Shown here one piece after another: positions 50,911 through 64,000 of a stretch of 64,000 nucleotides of DNA. Position 1 is the first letter of the stretch, and the number at the start of each line of letters is the position of its first letter. This DNA comes from Octopus vulgaris. Its lineage: Eukaryota. The notes below the pieces were generated by a model. That model was not told the DNA's origin, searched no databases, and saw only the letters and a list, made by a program, of their open reading frames with translations. The stretch is taken from positions 211,668,001 through 211,732,000 of the forward strand of contig OX597815.1 in the NCBI GenBank assembly GCA_951406725.2. The letters are read 5' to 3'. The translations under genes were made by a program, and so were the position numbers.

Positions 50911-51804
50911 TACGAGGGGGTACCCAAAGGTAATAGGAAATATTCTGTGAGACAAGACCGTTGTAGTTCAGGTTTCCCTCGCCAGAGGCCACTTGATGCT
51001 ACCCCCAGGCATCAATCTGCCGACCAGCGTTGTCCGGTGCTTCATAGAGTCACGTGATGCGTCTTTGCTTTGCAGTGCTTCTCCCCGGTTTGTCGATTTT
51101 TGCGACGGTTGAAACGAAGTAACAGCGTGCTTCTGTAAAATTCTGTTTTCTGCTGGGGAAAACGACGGCCGAAGCAGCTGTCATGCTTCAAACAGTTTAC
51201 AAGGACGCTGTCATGAGCAAAACACAAGATTACAAGTGGTTTCCACGCTTTAGGAATGGTCACTTGTCGCTTGAAGCCCCCCCCCCTCGTAGGACGACCG
51301 TCGACCTCCTAAACGACTGAAAACATCATGAAAGCGCATGAAATGATCTTGGAGGACCGTCACCGAATAATTGACGAACTTGATATGATGGGTGTGTCCT
51401 GGAATTCTTGCCAACGAATTTTGAGCAAAGAATTGCGAATGAAAAGAGTTGCAGCAAAATGTTGTGCCTGGCTTGCTCACGGAAGATCAAAAGCAGTCAC
51501 GACTGAATGCGTGTTGTGAACTGAAAGAACAGTTGGAAGTTGTTCCGGACCTTGTTTTGAAGGTCATCACTGATGCTACGGAATTTTCAGATGTGGAAGA
51601 GGTGAAGAAGACAACGACGGAGGCGTTAAAAGGCATCGCTTCGCAAGATTTTTAATACTCGTTTCAACAGAGGAAAATGTATCTGAACCGATGCATTGCT
51701 TCAAATGGAGAATATTTTGAAGACGATAAAAGTGTAAACATGTAAATTTCAGCGAATAAAACGATATTGAAAAAATCCGGTTCCTTTTTGGGTATATCCT
51801 CGTA
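50911..51804 (+). mobile_element. Internally deleted mariner with TIRs and TA TSD
   Basis: TIRs TACGAGGGGGTACCCAAAG and CTTTTTGGGTATATCCTCGTA; VKFCFLLGKT, QRILSKELRMKRVAAK, VPGLLTEDQKQSR, CIASNGEYFEDD; catalytic middle absent. Confidence 0.92.
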
Positions 51805-52551
51805 TTGAACGAAACATAAAACAGCTAAAGAACAAACAGATAACTACACTGGTCCCAATAAAGATTATTAACAACGACAACTGGAAAGTGGATTGCTCTA
51901 AAAAAAGAAGGCAATAGGTGTTATGGTTATTTTCTGTCTTATGATATAAACGAATGACAAGCGCTTTTTTAACATGTAATTCTGAATTCAAATCATCTGA
52001 TGGACTATAACTAAGCAGATAAAGAGAAGAGCTGTCTTTGAAGTACCTGTTAACACTAAAGCGGATCTGATTGATCTTATTAGCGATGCAACAGCAATAG
52101 CTATAAGATCTATAATAGTAAAAGAAAATGAAATCAGTTTTGCATTTTCATTTCCATCTAGAATCGATAAAATTACTTAGTAAGATACAGTTTCATGTGA
52201 ATGCTACAATATAATTATGTTCCTTAATGACATGGCACTGGGTCTCCAACAGCGTGAGCTATAGTTTTAAGTAAGAGCTTCATGTTTCATATATTTATGC
52301 AACAGAAGTACAATCAAGAAACAGAATCCAGTGCATTCTGGTACAAATTATATAAGAATTTTCCAATACACACACCTAATACCAGATAAAATAACCTGAC
52401 AAAAATTGTAGAGAAAACATTAAACACTTGACTAATATTTCCATTTATACACCGAATAGCTACCAGCTTCTTGAAAGTGGAAAAATAATTAAATGGGAAT
52501 TGCTGTCAGTATTTCTCAACTTGATAAATTTATCTTCTTGTTGAAAAGACG

Positions 52552-52607
<56 letters not shown>

Positions 52608-52689
52608 CAGATTTGGTGATGATGTATAAAATAGAATACAATATCTCTTACGGTTAACAGTTACTGGAACAATATTTATTTATAATTTA

Positions 52690-52955
52690 TGAAGGCGCGT
52701 GGCCTAGCGGTTAGAGTGTTGCTCTCACGATCGCAAGATGGTGGTTTCGATTTCCAGATTGGCAGTGCGTAGTGTTCTTGTGAAAAACTCTTCGTTTCAC
52801 GTTACTGCATACCACTCAGATGTAAGCAGATAACCTCGCGATGGAATGTCGGCATTCCCGCCTAGCTAGCGGGGTGCAAGCATTCTGAAGCTAATGTAAC
52901 CCGATGAAGCGCACTGTGGCCAGTGGTGTATAACACTGATAATCTGGTCGTTACA
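52690..52955 (+). mobile_element. Degenerate SINE with head D and tail Y
   Basis: GAAGGCGCGTGGCCTAGCGGTTAG head; CGCCTAGCTAGCGGGGTG...GAAGCGCACTGTGGCCAG tail as in 10630-10700. Confidence 0.75.
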
Positions 52956-53509
52956 ATGAGATACAGTGGATATTATATGTCATTCGACTTGCTAAGACAT
53001 ATATTTGAATGTTACGCCTTTAACAGTCTTAACAATGGAGTGAACTAGAGGAAATATTTATATTTCCTCTAGTTCACTCCCTGTGTAGCGCTTTAAACAA
53101 CATAAACAAGGGAACGAAGACAAAGACAACCGAAATTATTAAACTAATAAAACAAGGTTTAGTATTACACTTCCAGTATCCTTAACTACACACATACACA
53201 CACACATTTCAAGTATTTGCGTGTATTAACACAAAAATACTCATTAAAATAGCCATCACTTTTGGTTACGTGTGTTTCATACATATGATGTTGCAGACAT
53301 GATGAAAATAGTGTCTGATATAGGATGGCGAGAGATGAAAATATATACACATACATCATAGATATGTGTGTGTGTGTGTGTACTTATGTGCATGCGTATG
53401 AGTAATAGATATCAAGGAAAGTCTACTTGGTAATTAACGCTATGTTGTTACGAATGTGACAGAGGAGGATGCAAAAGTCCATGTGTGTGCATATATACAT
53501 GTATGTATA

Positions 53510-53700
53510 TCTTTTATCTTTGACTTGTTTCCTTCAATGGACTGGGGCCATTTTGGAGCAACACCTTTAAGGCTTAGTCGATCACATTAACTACAGCCGC
53601 TAAGTAACGGGGACGTAAACAAACCAACACTGGTTGTTAGGCAGTGGTGAGGATCAAATAAAAACGGAAAAGACTTGCACACATATAAACAGGACACAAA
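53510..53700 (-). mobile_element. Degenerate SINE-B 3' half
   Basis: CCGCTAAGTAACGGGGACGTAAACAAACCAACAC. Confidence 0.75.
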
Positions 53701-53757
53701 ACACACACAAAACACACACACACACACATGCTTGCGCGCGTGCACATTTATATACAC

Positions 53758-55093
53758 TAGGGTGAGTCAAAAGTGTTTTCTTACTCTAAGCTTTAATTAA
53801 TAGTACAAACAAATTCGATACAAAAATCGAGCGTTTAAATCCTTAAAATCCTTTAAAATGTTTTAGCCCGAAGGCCGCGGCCATGATGGGGCACCACCGC
53901 TGTATTATTCGCCAAATAAATTTATTCATCAAAATAAATTCCATCATATTCTATTGTCTGTTGCCATCCTTGTCCCAGAAGGTCAGTTCCAGGCTTATAC
54001 CATTTGACTAATTTAGAAGGGAAAAGATTCCTGCGCCCGTTTTCAACCTTATCCACATTGTTGAACTCGGTACATGCAGGAAATGAACCGTGAATTGGCA
54101 TAGGTAGTAATCTGATGGTACAAGATCTGGAATATAGGGCAGGATGAGGTAACACTTTCAGCCATTCGAGTTCCTCGAGTTTGCACTTGGTCCCATTGGC
54201 AGTGTGTGCTGAGGTATTTTCATATTGAAGGAGTGCGTGTCTTCGATTGATTAATGCCGGCTTTCAAAGCATCCTGTACTCGTTACAGTTGTTGGGCATA
54301 AGGGTTAGCATTCACGACATGACCATCTCGGACAAGCTCGAAGTGCAACACCACCTCGAAATTCCATCAAACATGCAACATGACCTTCTCTTCAAACCGC
54401 AATAAATTGACAACGGGCTCTCAAGCCTGGCCGGAACGAAATCACTGATTTTTCTAATTAGAATTACGAAACTAGATCCGTTTTTCATTCCCAGTTACAA
54501 TTCGATGCCAAAATCGAGCATCTTGAGGACTTAGCAGTAGTTGTTTGCAGGTGCTCACAAGTCGTTGAGCCTGGTCCTTTGTCAGTTCATGAAGAGCTCT
54601 TCGGCAGTGTCTCTTCACAAAGCCGAGCTTATGGAGGTATCGATTGATGGTGTTTGTGAAAGACCAAGTTCTGCTGACAACATACAAGTGCTTGTGCTTG
54701 GCTGCTGTTCAACCATCCCAAATAAGGCCTCATCTTCCACAATCGAAGGTCTCCTTCACCTTGGTTTGCCTTCGAGGCAGGTGTCACCTTCCTTGAAACA
54801 TCTGAACCAGCTTTGTACCACACATTCGTTGACTTTTACTGGGTCGCCCACATCATTAATTTCTTTTGCCACCACTTAGTCCTATCTCCCACAAGTATCG
54901 TAAATGGCTCTAAATGCAATTTTGTCACCATTCATTATGAAATCTATAAAATAAACAATAAAAATTAATGTTATGTATGAAAATAAAGAATAAAGAGTTC
55001 AGCAGTAATGTAACAGGTTTTATCAAGTTACTGGTATAACACGGAGATGTTAGTTATCAGTGAATATCCGAAAAGAAATTTTGATTCACCCTA
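53758..55093 (-). mobile_element. Roughly full-length decayed mariner (about 1.34 kb)
   Basis: TIRs TAGGGTGAGTCAAAA and TTTTGATTCACCCTA; RIVTGNEK, LPHP and PDLVPSDYYL motifs with frameshifts. Confidence 0.9.
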
Positions 55094-55177
55094 GCATATA
55101 CATGTGTGTATGCGTGTGTTTATGCATGCATGTATGCATGTATGTATGTATATGTATGTATGTGTGTGTGTGTAGAT

Positions 55178-55237
<60 letters not shown>

Positions 55238-56095
55238 ATGTACTCTACAAAAAATATTGTATAATTTTTTAGTTTAATGTTAAAATAATACATATAACTG
55301 GGCGTAAAAAGAAATATTTCAATATTTACGTACGTACAAACACGAATACACAAACACACACACACATGTATATATGTGTGCGTGTGTACATACATATTCA
55401 TGTATACTTGTATGATAATATGTGTATCTATATTACATACATACTGGTGTATACATATAAGCATATCTACAAGCGTATACGCATACACAAATAAGGGGCC
55501 TACCATATGCATTCGGCGTGTGCATGTCTCTGTATCTGATCAGGTCTCAGGATTTATGCATGCATGCATACGCAGTAAGATGTTGGTGCATTATATTGAT
55601 AACATCCGCAAGCATTAGACGTTAAAAGATATTTTAACATTTCACACTGAAATATGTAGCCCGGTTACTGAGGACAAAGCAACGGATATAAATCACCCTT
55701 GTTTCTAACATATTGTTGGTCTGTGTCCTTAGTGACATGTTTCTCTATCTATACAAGTACATATCTTGCGTTACTCATCAAACACACATCTTGTCCTATC
55801 CTTATTTTAGAGCTGTACGGCCTTTATTTTGTTTGTATTTTGTATATTTTATCACGACTGTATATTTATATTTTATTTCGTTTGTATACTTATATTCGTA
55901 CCGCTACCTGTGTCGTTTGTTGTCGCCCACTATTCCCAGCAGTTTTTAACTGCTGACGCCACCAAAAATGGATGAAATTAACGTTGAAGGCGTAAAATTG
56001 TCAGGATATTTTGAAAGATAGCTGACGAGAAATGAGCACGCCCATATCTTACGTGATCTTCCGTTCGCGTCGTGCTCCTGTTTATGTTTTGAAAC

Positions 56096-56195
<100 letters not shown>

Positions 56196-56795
56196 GTATG
56201 CTTTATGCATATATGTATGTATATACTTACATGTATATGCACGCAATATACTAAAAGATAAGAGAAAACTGGTTGAACGGCACTCTATATTCTATATCAC
56301 TACAATTCTTTTTACACATCGTTACATCCATAGTACATTGGTGAGATGATGTGATAAGCATATTGTACAGCCAGTAACATCAATCAAATCTTTAAAATGA
56401 GTTTCTTCAGGTGAGTATTTTGAATAAATCCTTCCATAAACCAAAGCAGTGTGCTAAATTTTTAGCAACTTGCAGACAGAACAAAGCCCATAGATAAAAT
56501 GACAGATATAACAAAGTAAAATCAAGATTAAAAATACAGAAACAAAGAAACAAAAAGAAAAGAAAATCATGTCCAGTTAACTATAAAATGCAATTCTGTC
56601 TACGGTCAGATTATTGAGAAGAAAAAGAAAAACAAAATAAATATTGAAATTATCTGTTTAGAGATAATAAAGTGATAAAGTCATAAAGACTGACCACTCC
56701 CTGTGCCCGCCAAGAATTTACTTGAAGGAGATCTAAAGTATGCTCTCCCTGTTATACAAAACATTTGTCTTTATATTTATATATATATATATATA

Positions 56796-56919
56796 CTAGC
56801 TGTATAACCCGGCCTTGCTCGGGATTAAGTTACGATTATTAAGCTAATCAAGTTCTTTATCCCAAACCAAACTAAGTAATATAGACGTCAAATTTGGGCG
56901 AAATCCGTTGAAATTAGTC

Positions 56920-56976
<57 letters not shown>

Positions 56977-57962
56977 TATATATAATATAATATAAATATA
57001 TATGGGCAACAGACACGAACACACATACACACACGTACGTACGTACGTACACCTATTGCATGTTTTGTGCACGCATACATGTTCATAAACAGAAATGAAT
57101 GGAAAAAATGTTAAACTTGTAGATTAACACTCGCATGATTTTCACTAAGAAAAAAATCCTTTTTTTTTTTTGCGTGGAACCCTTTTTGTGTTCCGTGAAA
57201 CGGAGTGCGGTGTGGTGGAAGCCTCGCAAAGTGTACCCATTTATGTTGTGTAATTCACTCACAAATTGTTACTCACCTCTTTGTTTCTTTGTTGTAAAAT
57301 AAATGGATTGTCAACAAAACACTTTTTTACTCGGCGTAAAATACAAACAAAACTCTTTCGCACCCAAAGTAATGTGTGTGAGAGAGAGAGAGAGCGGGGA
57401 GAAAGATGAACGATTTAAAATAAATATATTGTAATTGTTGTGTGAGAAAGTATATATACTATGATTATAAAATATAGTGTCTTTCACAAACAAAAAACAA
57501 AACATTTTACATTTTATTTTTCATGAACGTCATCACTTACTCTCTCTCTCCCTCTCTCACTTTGTCTTTCCCGCGAAACTCTCTGCCTCCTTCTTCCACT
57601 TTTCTTTATCGTATTTTTTTTGTTAGACACCGTCAAAAAAGCTAAGGCTGTTTATGAACGTCATTTACTCTCTCTTTCCCTCTCTCAGTTTGTCTTTCCC
57701 GTGAAACTCTGTGCCTCCTTCTTCCACTTTTCTTTATCTTATGTCTTCTGATAGACGCTGTCAAAAAAGCTATGCCTGATATTTTTTATGGCTAAAAGCT
57801 ATGTCTGAAAATAGATTGTTACGCTATCCACGGTGCCTCGGGAAAAAATAAGGATGTTGATGAATGTCCTCCTAAAATTTGAGTGACGTGCGTGCTAATT
57901 TGTGGATGTGCATAAATTACAATCACGTACACATACACACATCATGCCTTTTATAGATATGA
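56796..57962 (-). mobile_element. Non-autonomous Helitron(s)
   Basis: 3' end CCCGAGCAAGGCCGGG..CTAG|T on the minus strand; internal about 130-bp duplication at 57523 and 57654. Confidence 0.65.
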
Positions 57963-57994
57963 TATGATACATATATATATACACTATATATACA

Positions 57995-59223
57995 CTAGCC
58001 TAAGTACCCGGCGTTGCTCGGAAGTTTAAAGAATGTTGAAGAAAATAGATATATTAATTCTGATAAAAAAAAAATTATTATCGGAAAAAATTCTATCAGA
58101 TGACGTGAGTATAAACAAAGTTATCAAAACAAATCCTGAACTCAATTATAATTTAATTTTGCACAACTTCTAAATATTCAATATTTTCAGTGTGTCCTTT
58201 AATTGGTGTACAAAGTAAAAAAGTTTTAGAACTTTCAACTTGCGAACAACCTACATATAATTGCCCATGAGAGAAGCAAGGAGGAGCAAGGTTAAGTCCA
58301 ACAACGTTGAGAGATTGTGCTTGAGATTTGTTTATGGACATAACAAAACTTAGTTTCACTGGGAACTGGAGCCGTTTAAATTCATAGGGGAGGGCACATG
58401 GGATTAATGGCATCTGTGGAATGAAGGCATCGTCACCCTTATATTTCCCAAGAGAAATTAATTTTGGAGGTAAGGACTAAACATCTTGTTACATTATCAC
58501 AATCAAAAAGCCTTTATCTTAAAAAAAAAAAGAGGCGGAGTCGTAGACGTATGACGAAGAATGATTCCATATTTGCTTCTAACAGAATCGTTTACCTTTA
58601 AAGCGAAAAAACAAAACCGACGTATACGACAGGTATGTAAAGCATTTATGTTTTTGAGAAAAGTTAGAAAATTTAGTGACCCCACTAGAGCCTTCCCGAG
58701 TAATGAAAAACCTTCCTGACAAATTTGGTACAGATTGATCCAGTGGTTTGGCCGTGCAGAACAATACTGCCGCATGGCTAGGGAGAAATTGTAGATTCGA
58801 TTTTGAATCTGAGGTAGGACCAATATCCAAGTAGAAATAGTTACTTCGGATTTAAATATGAATTATCAAGTGTACTTTAGCTAATTTTATTCTGCGGTCG
58901 TATAGAGGGGTTACGAACAATTATTTGAATAATTCATGTCGATATCTCTAACTTATGCCACAGGAATATTGAGCTTTGAAATTTATAAAGTTTATCGCAT
59001 AAATTGAAAGATATCCTGCGGTGTATAAGCGTGTGTCTGTATGAAGACCTTTCGTTATTTAGAAACCTAACTGATCCTTTTCTTTAAATCTCGTGTTTCA
59101 TTATCACAATTGAAAAGCGTTTCAGAATCGTTTACCTTTAAAGTGAAAAAAATAAAACCGATGTAATTTTCAGACAGCCAAATTTGGTACAGATTGATCC
59201 AGCGGTTTAGCCGTTCATAGAGG

Positions 59224-59289
<66 letters not shown>

Positions 59290-59310
59290 ACACTCAGAGA
59301 ATTTTATATA
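57995..59310 (-). mobile_element. Deleted Helitron retaining the helicase C-terminus
   Basis: 3' end CCGAGCAACGCCGGG..CTAG|T; duplicated 5'-end modules at about 58580-58765 and 59120-59225. Confidence 0.75.
58153..58440 (-). pseudogene. PIF1-like Helitron helicase C-terminal fragment
   Basis: FKRLQFPVKLSFVMSINKSQAQSL..VGLNL..PCFSHGQLYVGCS. Confidence 0.92.
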
Positions 59311-59319
59311 TATATATAT

Positions 59320-59632
59320 AGTTCAAATTTAGAGAAAAACAAAAGACGAAGACGAGTGTGGGAACAAGCAGTGTATTAGTTTAACGCTCGGGAAAAAGGA
59401 AATAGACTTTTACGTTTCGAGTTTACGATCTTCGAAAGAAAGGAATAAGTTCAATTCTACACAGTTTTTCTCCGTCCGTTTTCTTTCATTCTCTGTCCAT
59501 CGTTTTCCTCTTATACCTTTCTGTCAAAGAGCGTAAGCTCGAAACGTAAAAGACTTTTCAATTTTTCCCGAGTGTTAAACTAATACACCTGCTTGTTGTT
59601 CCAACACCTGTCTTCATCAGTAAATTTGAACT
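59320..59632. mobile_element. Palindromic element with about 125-bp arms and a hammerhead-like core
   Basis: Ends AGTTCAAATTTA and TAAATTTGAACT; CTTT-CTGTCAAA-GAGC-GTAA-GCTC-GAAAC-GTA-AAAG at 59517-59552. Confidence 0.85.
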
Positions 59633-60127
59633 GCATATTATACCCTCACTTGGTTACCCCAGTTCGATCCTGACTGAACTTCTTACTCTCTTGGACTTGT
59701 ATCTTAACTACCTTTCGAACTTTCAGTACTTCTCATCATCCACATACCAGCACTCCACCCGGATTACCACTGTATCTTCGTGCACTTTTGGACTCTACCT
59801 TCACAGATATCACTGACTATATTGTTATTGATATATATATATATATATACACACACATATGTATGTGTATGGTGTGCGCGCCCGTGTGTGTATATGTATG
59901 TATATATGCTTGTATATACATAAATTCATTGATATTTGCATTCATGTATAATTCTTACATTTATTCTTACTATTTTTGAAATTTATGTTAGTATAATATA
60001 TGTTAATTTCAAAGTCTATGAGCAACGGAAATCCACTACAACATGGAATGACTAGAATTTGTTTACATAGATCAAGATAGCTTTATATAACTATACCTAT
60101 CTATTTACACACATCCTCAGTTAGCTA

Positions 60128-60187
<60 letters not shown>

Positions 60188-60306
60188 CTATGTAAAAGAT
60201 ATATAAACATTTTTTCTTATGTCATCTGATATTAATACACATATTGATATTGGCAACAAATATTTCTACAACTTTTCACTACAGGGATGCATAGAACTGC
60301 ATCCCC

Positions 60307-60364
60307 GAAGAAGAAGAAGAAGAAGAAGAAGAAGAAGAAGAAGAAGAAGAAGAAGAAGAAGAAG

Positions 60365-60396
<32 letters not shown>

Positions 60397-60455
60397 GAAG
60401 AAGAAGAAGAAGAAGAAGAAGAAGAAGAAGAAGAAGAAGAAGAAGAAGAAGAAGA
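60307..60455. repeat. (GAA)n microsatellite, about 49 units with one interruption
   Basis: Near-pure run; explains the poly-R and poly-L ORFs. Confidence 0.97.
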
Positions 60456-60830
60456 ATTGAAATTAACACATGCGAGATTTCACAGTTCTAGCATCATTTC
60501 CTTCATAGTCAGCCGATGAACTTTCCAGCCTATTACAGGATTTCATATTACGGATTAGATTAGGGTTGCAAGACAAATAGAAATATGAACTAAAACTTAT
60601 TAAGAATTTGCTCACTGCAAGATGAATCTATAGCTCGAACCAATATATTATGCACCACAACAAAAATTCAAGGATCTCAACTTTGTTGTGTTTAATAACT
60701 GCTGGTCCTCATTTTCAGTAACACTTTCTCAGAGATAACAGTCTAGTCTAATCTAAAAAGACAGTAACCATCATAGATCCGCCAGTCCTGTTCTTTGATA
60801 AACTGACTACTTCAACATCTGTTTAATTTT

Positions 60831-61080
60831 AATGCGCCCTTTTAAAGCCTAGCCAGGCTCATGGGCCCGGTTTCCCAGTTTCAATGGCGTATGTGTTCCC
60901 CAGCTGGACGGGACACCAGTCCATCGCAGCGTTACTCCTTTTTGCAAGCTGAGTGGACTGGAGCAACGTGAAATGAAGTGTTTTGCTCAAGAACACAACG
61001 TGTCGCCCGGTCCAGGAATCGAAAGCACAATCTTACGATCATGATGCTGACACCCTAGCCACTAAGCCACGCGCCTCCAC
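60831..61080 (-). mobile_element. Full-length SINE with head D and tail V
   Basis: Reverse complement GTGGAGGCGCGTGGCTTAGTGG...TTGAGCAAAACAC...GAGTAACGCTGCGATGGACTGG. Confidence 0.92.
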
Positions 61081-62695
61081 TTCAACTTCTGTTAGTTACA
61101 CAAAATTCAAGTCAGATGTTTCCTATTTTAGATGAACACGAGAAACTAATGGAAGCGAAAAACTATATTCGATGTGCAACTGACAGTTAGTGAGTATGTG
61201 ATCTTTACTAATATTTAGTGAATATGTGATGTGTTGGGGTGGATATAGTATTGTCATTACTTACATCTTTAAATAATCCAAACTTTAAGAATAATTTTAG
61301 ATATTAAATTTTAAAAAGAGATGGATCGTACTGCAAACATTTAGACTTTATTTTAATATATTTATAGTAATTCTGTGTTTCACACGCATTTCGATTTATG
61401 ACTGTATTCTACTTTTGCCGGTTTCGATGGTAGCAGAACATAACTATGTTGGGGTAGCATCATTGAGAAAAAACGCTTTCGATCAAAATGAAATAATGCG
61501 ATACACTTTATCTTACCATTTGTACTTTTCGCGTAAATAGTCTTCATAGGATGCAGAGACAAATGGATGAAAGAAACAGCAAGATCTTCAAATATTGCTA
61601 GCTTAGATTACCATAATCCAGAATAAATCGACCAATGAAATATATTTGCGTAAGCCATCACTGGAGTTATGTGGCTCTAGTCTACCTAGCGGAAATGGGC
61701 CAGACAACACAGGTAACCTTTCAATACCCCGAATACCATTCATTGTTAAGTTGCAATTGTAATTAAATTTGTATTCTTAACCGTGAAATGGGGATGAATT
61801 ACACTTCGTCTATTGCTATACAAACCCCAATTTGTGATCCCTCCATACTTCAGCAACGTTAGGAAATACTTTTGTATTATTTATTCGTATCGCTGAAACG
61901 ACTGATTTTCTATTCATTTACACGAGTAAGTTATGGATATATTCTACAAAGAGGAGGTTGGACTAACAAATTATAAACTTTCCAGTTGAACGAATACAGT
62001 CACATCAACAATTCTCAGATGAGTTATTGCTAAACTGTTTGAGTGTCTGGTCTATTAGACCCTAACTGATTACATATCTCTCAGTGAATAATCTGCAAGT
62101 AGATTAAACAATGTATGACATTATACTCTCCGGGATAACTGAAAGGCACAGTTCTTTAAGTGGGGGATTTCAAGCTTCACAATACTACATAACTAAATAC
62201 AACGATAAAGCTACACCTCAAGAACATTATTACAATATTATTCTAAGAACAACACTTTTACCATCAACCCGACAGAACACAGAACCGCAAATAAAAGAAA
62301 GTGATGAGGAGAAAAATTGTCATGTTCTAAGTCTATGTTGCCTGCCTTTGTTGTGGTCATCAATAACACTTACAAAATATACCAGCGGCGACTCGTCAGT
62401 GATGGAAAAGTGACATAGCCAAAGTCCACACTGTACTCCACATGATAAACCAGAGGTTGTTTCGTGGGTGGGATAGAAGGTTATCATGAGCAGAAAAAAG
62501 GTCCGAATGCTTCCAGCGACCAAAGACGCAAATGAACTCATGAATGTTGCATTTAAGCTGAAATGCACCTGAGCTCTATGAGAGGCAGTAAAATGGCAAA
62601 ACTGGCATACAACGCAAATTAGTAACTGATCAATTGCAACATTTCCTTATACCTTTATAATATCTCGTGGTAAAAGTTTGTGCTGTGATATTTTC

Positions 62696-63124
62696 GGATC
62701 TTTTCGGTTTGAACGGCAGTTTTTAACATAATTTCTAGGTAACTAAAACATTTTAAACTTCGTATACTGGTTGAATGTGTTTATAAAACATCTTTTTCTC
62801 TTGGCTTTATTGAGAAAATTCTATAGTTTGTAAGATATTTATGGCTTTTTTTCTTCAATTTCTGCAATTTCAACCAATCAATTACGTCTAATGAGGTAAA
62901 AAGCATTCTGTGCCGTATGAATATGTTCCTCGTTTAAGAAACAGACTGGGTTTATTTACATTTGTGAAGAAAAAAAAGATACCCTTCCCCCCACCCCTAA
63001 CCCTAAATCTAACCCTAACCCTAGGACAGATAGAAATGCAATAGATCGATACTAGGGTCATAATTATGGGTGACAATTTCATATGACACCGCTAGAAAAA
63101 CTGCCGTTCAAACCGAAAAGATCC
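62696..63124. mobile_element. MITE with perfect 29-bp TIRs and 8-bp TSD (Merlin-like)
   Basis: TIRs GGATCTTTTCGGTTTGAACGGCAGTTTTT and AAAAACTGCCGTTCAAACCGAAAAGATCC; TSD ATATTTTC at 62688-62695 and 63125-63132. Confidence 0.93.
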
Positions 63125-63149
63125 ATATTTTCTAAACTATATTTAAAAC

Positions 63150-63209
<60 letters not shown>

Positions 63210-64000
63210 CTCTCTCTCTCTCTAGAGACAATTTTTTTGTATCATATAGTATCTTGTAAAATAGTGATGTAAGATTAAAGTGTCTCAGCTCTGACAGTAT
63301 ATTTATAGATTTCGGACGATAGAACACTCTGGTTTTCATTAGATTGCTAAGTTTGTGTGAAAGGGTTAAAGGACTATTTTTTTGTCGTAGTATTTTGGTC
63401 CGCTTCAATGCAAGTATTTTTTTGTATTTGTTGCATTAACGCAACCGAGATATTGCTCCAATCGGCGTGTCATTCAGTCAGATATCGGAGACCTATCACT
63501 GAGTCCCTAAGGCCTCGATTCCCGCCACGTGATGTTTGTTGATAAGGATTTTAATTGGTGCGCTTTCGTTTATTTTCTTTTTTACGTAGCTGAAGTTTCA
63601 TTTCGTCTTGCTGATTCATTTATTTCATGAACTGATGTTGAAAAGTTTGATAAATTAGAAGAAAGCTATTTTGTTTTTGTTCAGAGAAGCGTTAGAATAC
63701 ATAAAGTTGATTTATGCTTCGAGAAAATACGTTTCGACAGCAAGATCTCAATGGTTTGCTAAAAAGAAAGAAGTGGTAATGAGGTCGTTCAAGGAGAATT
63801 GGAAATTATTTCCAATGATTTGACACAAGAATATATAATCGGAATGTATAATGTGTTAGAATATAAAATAATTTAATAAAACAGAATGCAATATAACAGA
63901 AAATTTTAAATAATTTAACATGATAGAATTGAATATATTATAACAAAATAAATTTTGATATATTTTGTAATATATATAAATAATATTTATATAATAAATA

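Noticed and set aside
58153-58413. Host PIF1 helicase gene
   Set aside because: Isolated C-terminal fragment with degraded motifs just upstream of a Helitron 3' end
60219-60491. Poly-Arg or poly-Leu ORFs
   Set aside because: (GAA)n microsatellite
62320-62568. Minus-strand exon ending at a GTAAGT donor
   Set aside because: Poor acceptor context and no recognisable protein similarity in any frame

Overview
AT-rich, repeat-saturated animal DNA, most likely intronic or intergenic. The tRNA-headed SINE families, the microsatellite load and the transposon mix point to a coleoid cephalopod (Octopus-like); this is an inference. No intact protein-coding gene is evident, and most ORFs in the track are microsatellite or satellite artefacts. 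Contents: a 23-bp minisatellite array (1-2330); dozens of SINE copies, which I label with working names A, B and C/D; decayed LINEs (RTE, CR1, R4/Dong-like, Penelope); decayed DNA transposons (mariner, hAT, Helitron, and two GG..CC MITEs with 8-bp TSDs). Most notable: (1) several unrelated palindromic elements next to microsatellites whose arms carry degenerate minimal type I hammerhead-ribozyme motifs with covarying stems, in the same window as a Penelope relic; (2) a complete 2-head x 3-tail SINE combination set; (3) a microhomology-flanked 194-bp inverted templated insertion; (4) opposed tandem SINE arrays and long near-perfect hairpins; (5) a speculative minus-strand gene end with 16-nt microexons. 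Coordinates of degenerate repeats were read by eye and are approximate.
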